From contig WLNI01000003.1 of the NCBI GenBank assembly GCA_009699875.1, positions 8,814-72,813 of the forward strand: a stretch of DNA of 64,000 bases, written 5' to 3'. Numbering within the stretch: the stretch's first letter is position 1; each line of letters opens with the position of its first letter. Below, piece by piece: positions 56,940 through 64,000 of this stretch. A program made the translations under genes and the position numbers. Under the pieces are notes generated by a model. That model ran no database searches and was not told where the DNA came from. It saw only the letters and a program-made list of their open reading frames with translations. This DNA comes from Actinomycetota bacterium (GTDB lineage Bacteria; Actinomycetota; Acidimicrobiia; Acidimicrobiales; RAAP-2).

Positions 56940-56993
56940 GTTGCGTGATTGGGAAAAGTGCCTGATGAGGGAGTAGACCTTCTTTCACGCAAC
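56940..56993. promoter_or_regulatory. 9-bp inverted repeat GTTGCGTGA ... TCACGCAAC (36-nt spacer) in the nhaA / MFS-MarR intergenic region
   Basis: The arms are at 56940-56948 and 56985-56993, read directly. A second imperfect dyad CCCTGTATT..AATACGCAGGG lies at 56909-56936. Confidence 0.35.
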
Positions 56994-57043
56994 CGTAGGA
57001 CCACATTGACGATGTATTGCCAGTCGAAGAGCATGAGGAAGAG

Positions 57044-59065
57044 ATGAGCGAGGCCGCAACCGCAGATTTTGTCGCGATCAAGCTTCCACGTCGACAAGTC
57101 GTCATTGTCTTTAGCGCGTTGATGTTAGGGATGCTTCTGGCGGCGCTCGATCAGACAATTGTGGCGACCGCACTGCCAACGATCGTCGGTGACCTTGGCG
57201 GTGCGTCCCATCTTTCGTGGATCGTGACGGCGTATCTCTTGGCCTCAACAGTTTCGACACCGCTCTGGGGAAAACTTGGAGACCTCTATGGGCGAAAGAG
57301 ATTTTATCAAGGGGCGATCGTTCTCTTCTTGATTGGTTCGATGTTGAGCGGACTCTCGCAGTCCATGATCGAGTTGATTATCTTCCGAGCGGTGCAAGGT
57401 CTTGGAGCGGGAGGTCTCCTCGTAGGGGCCCAATCGATCATCGGCGACATTGTGAGTCCCCGAGATCGAGGTCGTTACGTCGGCCTCTTTGGCGCCGTCT
57501 TTGGTGGATCAACCGTCTTAGGTCCTCTCATCGGCGGGCTGATCACGCAGTATCTCTCTTGGCAGTGGGTGTTCTACGTCAACGTTCCGGTGGGGATTGT
57601 CGCATTGATTGTGACCGCTATTGCGCTTCCAACAGTGCGAAATCGTATTTCACACGTCATTGACTACCTCGGTGCGGCAACACTTTCGATCGCTGCGACC
57701 TGTCTGGTGCTCTTCACCTCGCTTGGGGGAACGACACTTCCCTGGTCGTCAGCCACCATCATTGCCTTTGGCGTTGGGGGCGTCGTGGTCACGCTGTTGT
57801 TTATTTTGATTGAGCGCAGTGCTTCTGAACCAGTCATTCCACTTCGTCTGTTTCGCAACAAAGTATTTTCAGTCGCCTCAGCTATTGGCTTTGTGGTGGG
57901 CTTTGCGATGTTTGGAGTATTGACATTTTTGCCGCAGTTCTTGCAGCTGGTAAAGGGAATTACGCCGACCGCCTCGGGTCTTCGCCTCCTTCCCTTGATG
58001 GGAGGGCTCTTTGGAGCATCGATGATCTCTGGTCAGTTCATTGCTCGAGGAGGTCGCTACAAAAAGTATCCAGTACTTGGAACCTTTTTCATGACCATCG
58101 GTCTCTATTTGATGTCAACGGTCGGCGTGCAGACGTCCCAATGGGTGATGGCACTGTTCATGCTGGTTTTTGGAATCGGTCTTGGTCTTGTGATGCAGGT
58201 CCTTGTCTTAGCGGTTCAGAACTCCGTTGGCTATGAAGACCTGGGCACCGCCACCGCATCAGCCAACTTCTTTCGGATGATTGGCGGCTCCTTCGGCGTT
58301 GCAGTCTTTGGGGCCATCTATGCCAACGTGTTGCCGCAGAAGGTCGCCCAACAGATTCGAGTCCCTATTCCCTCATCTCGACTCTCGCAGCTGACTCCCC
58401 AGATCCTTCACCAACTTCCACCCGCCGTTCAGTCCGGTTTGATCGAAGCAGTCTCTGAAACCATTCAAACGGTGTTCTTGATAGCCATTCCGTTCGGGGT
58501 TATCGCTTTTGCCTTGACATGGTTCCTCCCTGAAGTCGAACTTCGAACATCAGTGCGGGCAGGTCGAGACCTCGCCGAAACACTTCCCGTTCCAGAAAAT
58601 CGATCAAGTCTCCAGGAAGTTGAACTCTCCTTGGAGAGGATCATCTCGTCTGAAGACCGCACCCAGGTCTACACCGCACTTTCAGAGCGAGCTGCGTTAG
58701 ATCTCGGTCCCCAAGCGTGCTGGTTGCTCTTCCGACTTGAAGAACACCGATCCCTTGACGAAGTGGGGCTTGCTGAGTACTACAAAGTCCCCGAAAGCGT
58801 TCTTGATGTTGGGCTGGGTGAGCTGACGCGTGAACATTTCATCGTGAACGACAAAGGGTCGCCGCTGCAGATCACCGAAAAGGGCCACGAGGCAATGTCC
58901 GCGCTGATGGAGGCGAGACGACAAGGTCTTGAAGATATTCTTGATGGCTGGAGTCCGAAAGAGCACCCTGAATTAGAGACCTTGGTTCGCCGTTTGGCAT
59001 CGGTCCTCTTGGCCGATGATGATCGATTAGTCAGAGCAGCGACGCCGACACCAGAGAGTCTCTAA
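57044..59065 (+). CDS. DHA2-family MFS transporter fused to a C-terminal MarR-like winged-helix domain
   Basis: The N-terminal ~530 aa is a typical EmrB/QacA-like transporter (LDQTIVATALPTIV, GKLGDLYGRKR). The last ~139 aa (from about 58646) read like MarR: LGPQACWLLFRLEEHRSLDEVGLAEYYKVPESVLDVGLGELTREHFIVNDKGSPLQITEKGHEAM. The ATG at 57044 follows GAGGAAGAG. Confidence 0.8.
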   Translation: MSEAATADFVAIKLPRRQVVIVFSALMLGMLLAALDQTIVATALPTIVGDLGGASHLSWIVTAYLLASTVSTPLWGKLGDLYGRKRFYQGAIVLFLIGSMLSGLSQSMIELIIFRAVQGLGAGGLLVGAQSIIGDIVSPRDRGRYVGLFGAVFGGSTVLGPLIGGLITQYLSWQWVFYVNVPVGIVALIVTAIALPTVRNRISHVIDYLGAATLSIAATCLVLFTSLGGTTLPWSSATIIAFGVGGVVVTLLFILIERSASEPVIPLRLFRNKVFSVASAIGFVVGFAMFGVLTFLPQFLQLVKGITPTASGLRLLPLMGGLFGASMISGQFIARGGRYKKYPVLGTFFMTIGLYLMSTVGVQTSQWVMALFMLVFGIGLGLVMQVLVLAVQNSVGYEDLGTATASANFFRMIGGSFGVAVFGAIYANVLPQKVAQQIRVPIPSSRLSQLTPQILHQLPPAVQSGLIEAVSETIQTVFLIAIPFGVIAFALTWFLPEVELRTSVRAGRDLAETLPVPENRSSLQEVELSLERIISSEDRTQVYTALSERAALDLGPQACWLLFRLEEHRSLDEVGLAEYYKVPESVLDVGLGELTREHFIVNDKGSPLQITEKGHEAMSALMEARRQGLEDILDGWSPKEHPELETLVRRLASVLLADDDRLVRAATPTPESL

Positions 59066-59547
59066 GTCAAATAAGTGGCGTCAAGAGAGACGACTAATCC
59101 ACGAACTGAGCGCTCAATGAGCTCGAGAGACTCAGTGAAATCTTCCTGATCCCCATAGTAGGGATCAGCAATGTCGACCGCCCCGCCATGCGCTGGATCA
59201 AAAGGGCGAAGTAACTGTGCGGGATGTTTTCCTAATCGCTCGAGACGTCCGTTCAGGATCTGTTGGTGCTTTCGATCGAGTCCAAGGACAAGGTCATTGT
59301 TGGCCAAGAGCAGATCATCTCCATGTTGCGCACGGTGCAGCTCAGGTTTGTAGCCCTTGGCCGCTAATGCCGTTGCTGCCCGTGGGTCCATTGGCTCACC
59401 TGCATGCCATGAGGCAGTGCCCGCACTTTGAAAGATGTACGGCGACGTTTCAGGCGGTCGTAGCTGTCGAGCAACTATCTCAGCCATGGGGGAGCGACAG
59501 ATATTTCCGGTGCAGACGAAGAGGACTCGGCATGTCGCCGAGGTCAT
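59062..59547 (-). CDS. Low-molecular-weight protein-tyrosine phosphatase
   Basis: P-loop VCTGNICRSPMAE and the general-acid DPYY motif. ATGA overlap with the upstream ligase stop. Confidence 0.85.
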   Translation of the reverse strand: MTSATCRVLFVCTGNICRSPMAEIVARQLRPPETSPYIFQSAGTASWHAGEPMDPRAATALAAKGYKPELHRAQHGDDLLLANNDLVLGLDRKHQQILNGRLERLGKHPAQLLRPFDPAHGGAVDIADPYYGDQEDFTESLELIERSVRGLVVSLDATYLT

Positions 59548-61103
59548 GGAGCGTAGATCTCTTTTAAAGTCTTCTTCACGATCTTCCCCGTGCCTGCTCG
59601 AGGCATCTCGTCTCTCACCTCAAGTCGTTCTGGAATCTTTTGCGTCATCAATCCGGCGTCTTTGCAAAATGCCACCATTTCGTCAAAGGTGAGCTGATCA
59701 TCTGCTTGGGCAGGGAGGATGACCGCACAGACCATCTCTCCCCGAGTGGCGTCGGGGAGACCAATGACCGCGATTTCAGCAACTTTTTGATGCGACGCCA
59801 AGAGGTCTTCGATCTCTTTGGCTGAGATGTTCTCACCCTTTCTGACGATGACGTCTTTGAGTCTCCCGGTAAGTGAAAGATGACCGTCAGGGCGCAAGAT
59901 GCCAAGATCCCCAGTCCGGAACCACCCCTCATCATCAAAGGCATCTGCGTTCAGCGCAGGATTCGTGTAGCCCCGAAAAACCATAGGGCCCTTGACCCGG
60001 ATCTCACCTTCTTGTCCAGGATTGGCCACACTTCCGTCGAAGGCGACGATGCGCACGGTTGCCCCATGAACGGGGGCGCCATCAGTGTTGGCAAGTTGTT
60101 CGTCGGTGTCGAGCGGCGAGCCGTTGGCGATCATGGGAACTTCGGTCATGCCATAGCCGTGGACAATCCCTCGACCTCCAATTTCGTCTCGCACTTCTGC
60201 GTGAAGATTCGGAGGCTTAGCAGCCCCTCCTCCCGACATCAATCGCAAGGTCGGCAGGATTGAGGCACCAGGGTTTTTTCGCTGTTCGCTGAGATACGCA
60301 ACGTAGAACGCCGTTGAACCTCCAACCATGGTTACGCCGTGGCGGTTAAAGATCTCCAATGCGTCGACCGGCACAAAAGACTCAAGAAGCACTGCGGGAA
60401 ATCCAAACGCCAACATGGTGACGAGATAGTCAGGGCCAGCAATGTGTGAAAAAGGAAATGCCATGGAGCCGACGTCGTTCTCAGACATTGCAAGCGCCAT
60501 AGCCAGTCCCATGCCTCCGGCGATCAAAGTCTGATCGGTATGTTGGACGCCTTTTGGCTCAGCAGTTGAGCCAGAGGTGTAATAGATCCACTTGATGGGC
60601 GCTCGCTCAGCATCGGTGCCCTCAGGAACAGGACCGAGAATGTTCGGGTCTGCTTCAGGGAGACCGTGTGAGAGATCGATGACCTGAGCCGAAGAGCCGA
60701 ACTGTTCTTTGGCGCGTTCGGCCATCGCTACGAAGTCAATGTTGTTCCATGTTCCCGGCACGAAGAAGAGTGACGAGTTCGTTTGAGAAAGGGCAAAACC
60801 AATCTCTCGTTCTTTGTAGAGATGGATGATCGGATTTTGAAGCGCGCCAAGCCTTGAAAGCGCACAGGAGAGGACAATGGCTTCAAGAGAGGTGGGGAGT
60901 TGCCAACTCACGATGCTTTGATTCGTGACGCCCATCTCCAGAAGCCCAGCCGCAGTTCGTTCGGCGAGATCTCGAAATTGCCCAAAGGTCACCATTCGAC
61001 CTTGTGCATCAAACAACATGGGTTGATCACTTGATTTCAGAGCTCGCTGTTCGATGAGCTCCCAGAGCGTCGTGGCGCCAGTCATTGAGGTCGAAGTCGT
61101 CAT
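59544..61103 (-). CDS. AMP-dependent acyl-CoA synthetase/ligase
   Basis: YTSGSTAEPKG, GYGMTE, and C-terminal GTGKIVKKTLK. 519 aa. Confidence 0.85.
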   Translation of the reverse strand: MTTSTSMTGATTLWELIEQRALKSSDQPMLFDAQGRMVTFGQFRDLAERTAAGLLEMGVTNQSIVSWQLPTSLEAIVLSCALSRLGALQNPIIHLYKEREIGFALSQTNSSLFFVPGTWNNIDFVAMAERAKEQFGSSAQVIDLSHGLPEADPNILGPVPEGTDAERAPIKWIYYTSGSTAEPKGVQHTDQTLIAGGMGLAMALAMSENDVGSMAFPFSHIAGPDYLVTMLAFGFPAVLLESFVPVDALEIFNRHGVTMVGGSTAFYVAYLSEQRKNPGASILPTLRLMSGGGAAKPPNLHAEVRDEIGGRGIVHGYGMTEVPMIANGSPLDTDEQLANTDGAPVHGATVRIVAFDGSVANPGQEGEIRVKGPMVFRGYTNPALNADAFDDEGWFRTGDLGILRPDGHLSLTGRLKDVIVRKGENISAKEIEDLLASHQKVAEIAVIGLPDATRGEMVCAVILPAQADDQLTFDEMVAFCKDAGLMTQKIPERLEVRDEMPRAGTGKIVKKTLKEIYAP

Positions 61104-61215
61104 AGGCGCCTATTCTTATCCGTTCTTTTGGTCACTGCAGCCCGAATCCATTCTCGGCATCCCTTCCTGGCCCCAAAAAGTTTGCCAACATAGAGTTACA
61201 TCCGAGGAGGCACGT

Positions 61216-61452
61216 ATGGCTGAGCACTCAACTGGCAAGGCAACCCGCGATACTGGGCGTGATGTCCGATTAGTCGTCATGACCTTGGCGGTGGTATTGC
61301 TGGTGTGGTTCATTGTGGCCAATACGGCAAAAGTGCAGATTCACTTCTGGTTGGTCACGGCCAACGTCTCGCTGATCTCAGTGATTCTGATCTCGGCAGC
61401 CCTCGGGGCTGTGATTTCCCTGCTTCTTTCGCACAGCCGCAAGAAGAAGTAG
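61216..61452 (+). CDS. Small LapA/DUF1049-like membrane protein (78 aa)
   Basis: SD GAGGAGG at 61204-61210 precedes the ATG at 61216. Two TM helices flank the NTAKVQIHFWLVTANVSL motif. The track ORF start at 61054 lies inside the divergent ligase gene. Confidence 0.6.
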   Translation: MAEHSTGKATRDTGRDVRLVVMTLAVVLLVWFIVANTAKVQIHFWLVTANVSLISVILISAALGAVISLLLSHSRKKK

Positions 61453-61460
61453 GGGAGCGC

Positions 61461-62795
61461 CTAGGAAGGCGACGCTAATTTTTCAGCAGAACTCGTGTCG
61501 TCCGCCGTCGCTGTGTTGGCAAGGTCCGATGCCTTGGCCCATCTCTCTAAAAGCGAGAGGGCTACTTGGTAGAGGGCGAGGTCAACCAAGATCCAGAGCA
61601 CCGATCCAGTGGTGTTCGCTCGCACGACCAAGATGGCGGCCAAAATAGCGCCTCCCCAGCGGAAAGGAACGACGGTTCGCCCAATGTAGCGAGCAGCCTT
61701 TTTCCCTTCGGCGAGGACCTGAGCGGTCTTTTCGCTTCGTCGAATTTGATCGGCAGTCTGAGAGAGTTGTTTCGATCCACCAACGAGAGATTTGCGCAGA
61801 GTCATCGCCCATGCGGTATCACCAATGATCCAAAAGAACACCGCCCCGACGACAAAGGCCACAATGACCCAGTGGAGCGACGCCGTGAGGTAGCGCGTCA
61901 TAATGGCAAAAATTTGGGCAGCAAACAGTTGTCCGAGTGTGGGCGCTTGCGCCACAAAGAATGCTTTTGCTGCAGTGAGGCCCACCGAAAGAGTGATGGC
62001 CCCAATGGCTCCAGCGACCATGACTCGAAACGCAGTTCGACGGCGCCGAACTGAAATCGCAATCGCTGCCAACCCAACCAGCGGCGTCCCAACTAAGAGA
62101 ATGACTCGAAGGAGGATTGCTAAACGGAAGAAACTCTGCACTGTTTTGACTTGCTTTGAATTAAACAATTGCAGTGAGAGTGATTTGTTGTTTTGGAGGT
62201 GATCCTTCAGCGGGTTGAAGATTGTGATTCCCTGCTTGTCCAAGTTGTCAATCGCCTGTACGAGCGTTGGGGTGATATCGATAATGAGCTGGCGGGTATT
62301 TGAGACCTGAGGAGAAGGCTTTCCCGTTAAGACGGCGATGGCGGCCGAATGAGTAAAACGATTCTCTCGCTCCCAGAGTTGGGCAAACCACTTTGAAGAG
62401 ACCAAGCGCAGCATCTCTTTGTTCGTGAACTGCTTGAGCTGTGCGGTGATCGGGGCGGCGAGGAAACTACTCGAGGAAGGGAGGGCGTCTGTAATTTTTC
62501 TCTGGACATTGACTTGTTCAAAGAGCGTGTTCGTGGCTTTGGTGGCAACGTAGTTCTGGACAACCGGGTCGGTAATCAGTGGCTGCATTGTCGCTACGTA
62601 GCGATTTGTATCAGTCAGCGTCCGGACAGCCCAGCCAGCAGTGACAGTAATAGGTGTCAAAATTGCGAAGAGGACGATCAAGAACCAGGTGGTAATTCTT
62701 CGAATTCGATGGCGAGAAGGTCGAGGTTCCAGCGCAGGTCCGCCCGGAGCGGGAGGAGCTCCAGGGTCTACTTTGAGTTCGTCAGGGTCTTTCAT
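61461..62795 (-). CDS. Integral membrane protein of unknown function (444 aa)
   Basis: Pro-rich cytoplasmic N-terminus, one TM helix, a ~200-aa extracytoplasmic region, then at least five hydrophobic helices. I recognise no family. Confidence 0.6.
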   Translation of the reverse strand: MKDPDELKVDPGAPPAPGGPALEPRPSRHRIRRITTWFLIVLFAILTPITVTAGWAVRTLTDTNRYVATMQPLITDPVVQNYVATKATNTLFEQVNVQRKITDALPSSSSFLAAPITAQLKQFTNKEMLRLVSSKWFAQLWERENRFTHSAAIAVLTGKPSPQVSNTRQLIIDITPTLVQAIDNLDKQGITIFNPLKDHLQNNKSLSLQLFNSKQVKTVQSFFRLAILLRVILLVGTPLVGLAAIAISVRRRRTAFRVMVAGAIGAITLSVGLTAAKAFFVAQAPTLGQLFAAQIFAIMTRYLTASLHWVIVAFVVGAVFFWIIGDTAWAMTLRKSLVGGSKQLSQTADQIRRSEKTAQVLAEGKKAARYIGRTVVPFRWGGAILAAILVVRANTTGSVLWILVDLALYQVALSLLERWAKASDLANTATADDTSSAEKLASPS

Positions 62796-63001
62796 CGTGC
62801 TTTGAGCGTAATTCAGGATCCCAGATGACGACGGGACGGCTGGGTTGAGGGCCTGAGATAGGGGAGAATAGGGAAATCACCTGAGAGGGCATGTGCGAAG
62901 TTTTTAGATTTCCGCGTGACCTTGGGCCTGATGGGGCCGTAGTATTGGAGAAGGAAGGGCTCTCAGAGGGAGAGCCCCAACGAGGGAAAAGGAGTTGTGC
63001 C

Positions 63002-63400
63002 GTGCCACTTTCAGAACACGAACAACGAATCCTTGCTGAACTTGAAGAGTCACTTTCAAGCCAAGATCCTCGTTTCGCTCATCGAGTTGCGAATGAGTCC
63101 GTCTACCGTCATGCCGGTCGGAAATGTAAGTGGGCAGCATTCTTCTTCGTTGTTGGCATGGTTGTCTTGATTGCTGGCTACTCCGTTTCGGTCCTTCTTG
63201 GACTCTTGGGTGTCGGCATCATGTTCGTCTCAGCGTTTATCTTTGAGCGCAATCTTCGCCACATGGGCAAAGCCAGTTGGCACGACATCACGAGAGCGAT
63301 GCATGAGGATGAACCCTCTGGTGCATCCGGTGGAATTGAAAACACCGTCCACGACGCACGGGACTGGCTCCGGAGTCGTTTTAATCGTCGCGATAGTTAA
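63002..63400 (+). CDS. DUF3040-family membrane protein
   Basis: The GTG at 63002 is preceded by GGGAAAAGGAG. The N-terminus (V)PLSEHEQRILAELEESLSSQDPRF is the DUF3040 signature, and two TM helices follow. Confidence 0.7.
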   Translation: MPLSEHEQRILAELEESLSSQDPRFAHRVANESVYRHAGRKCKWAAFFFVVGMVVLIAGYSVSVLLGLLGVGIMFVSAFIFERNLRHMGKASWHDITRAMHEDEPSGASGGIENTVHDARDWLRSRFNRRDS

Positions 63401-63416
63401 CGAGACGAAGAGTCGC

Positions 63417-64000
63417 GTGGGGGATAACACGTGTCTCGCGATTGACATCGGCGGAACAAAGTTGGCGTGCGGCATCGTCGCCCAAGACGGGACACTCCTT
63501 GAGAGAGATCATGTCGCGACTACAAAAACAGACGACCCTGAAGTGCTTTTTGAAACGTTAATGACGTTGGTGAACAAGGTCAGAAGCACGTCATCATTTC
63601 AACCCTCGAAATGTGGTGTGGGATGTGGCGGCCCGATGGAGCCCCATGGACGAACAGTCTCACCCCTCAATATTTCGGCGTGGAGAGAGTTTCCCTTGGC
63701 CGAACGACTTCGACGCGAACTTGGACTCCCAATTGCGATCGACAACGATGCCAAAGCATTTGCGTTAGCTGAAGGGTGGCTCGGTGCAGCACGAGGGGTG
63801 CCGTCGTATCTCGCCATGGTGGTCTCAACCGGCGTAGGTGGCGGCATTGTGCTCGACGGTCGGCTCTTAGATGGCCAGCAGGGGAATGCAGGCCACATCG
63901 GACACATCGTGGTTGACCCTGAAGGTGTGCTCTGTCGATGTGGCGTTCGAGGATGTCTCGAAGCGGAAGCCTCAGGCACCGCAATCGAACTCAAGACTGG
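63417..64000 (+). CDS. ROK-family sugar kinase (glucokinase-like), 3' end outside window
   Basis: This ORF is not in the supplied track because it runs off the window. My own translation from GTG 63417 gives VGDNTCLAIDIGGTKLACGIV...NDAKAFALAEGW...STGVGGGIVLDG...GNAGHIGHIVVDPEGVLCRCGVRGCLEAEASG, which includes the ROK Zn motif. Confidence 0.85.
   Translation, partial: MGDNTCLAIDIGGTKLACGIVAQDGTLLERDHVATTKTDDPEVLFETLMTLVNKVRSTSSFQPSKCGVGCGGPMEPHGRTVSPLNISAWREFPLAERLRRELGLPIAIDNDAKAFALAEGWLGAARGVPSYLAMVVSTGVGGGIVLDGRLLDGQQGNAGHIGHIVVDPEGVLCRCGVRGCLEAEASGTAIELKT

Noticed and set aside
1-64000. CRISPR arrays, retrons/RT, toxin-antitoxin pairs, restriction-modification or other defence systems, riboswitches and sRNAs.
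   Set aside because: I saw no repeat-spacer periodicity and no defence-type domains in any ORF. Intergenic gaps (at most ~210 nt, most under 160 nt) showed no riboswitch-like conserved cores that I recognise. I cannot exclude small RNAs without covariance-model searches.

Overview
This is a very gene-dense chromosomal segment. Intergenic gaps are mostly under 160 nt, there are about 15 same-strand stop/start overlaps, and 5 convergent gene pairs share overlapping stop codons. GC content is moderate. It reads like a streamlined Actinomycetota genome. That is an inference from cysM-rph-rdgB synteny, MMPL transporters, WS/DGAT, a HadAB-like hotdog pair, an LLM oxidoreductase, DUF3040 and a ROK kinase. 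I support 62 protein-coding genes (the first and last are cut by the window), one frameshifted DHA2-type MFS gene, tRNA-Leu(TAG) and tRNA-Gly(GCC). I saw no rRNA, CRISPR array, transposase, integrase, prophage or recognisable defence genes, and no long repeats. Content falls into five groups. (1) Housekeeping genes: cysM, rph, rdgB, clpP, orn, dut, msrA, nhaA. (2) A Wzm/Wzt-type polysaccharide export locus with three GT4 glycosyltransferases. (3) A transporter-dense, lipid-flavoured stretch downstream of tRNA-Gly: GH5, two divergent MMPL genes, three MFS genes, an acyl-CoA ligase and a sulfatase. (4) An amino-acid ABC importer. (5) Several small operons of poorly characterised redox proteins. 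The best candidates for something undescribed are listed here, none provable without database or structure searches. First, a translationally coupled three-gene cytochrome b6-like module with no Rieske or cytochrome c partner (46859-48701). Second, a DHA2 MFS transporter with a C-terminal MarR-like winged-helix domain, preceded by inverted repeats (56909-59065). Third, a hypothetical/SnoaL-like/CGC-thioredoxin-fold operon divergent from a nitroreductase (41901-44895). Fourth, a LysR-controlled MFS + FAD amine-oxidase-like + phosphonatase-like (DxAGT) operon (48683-52893).
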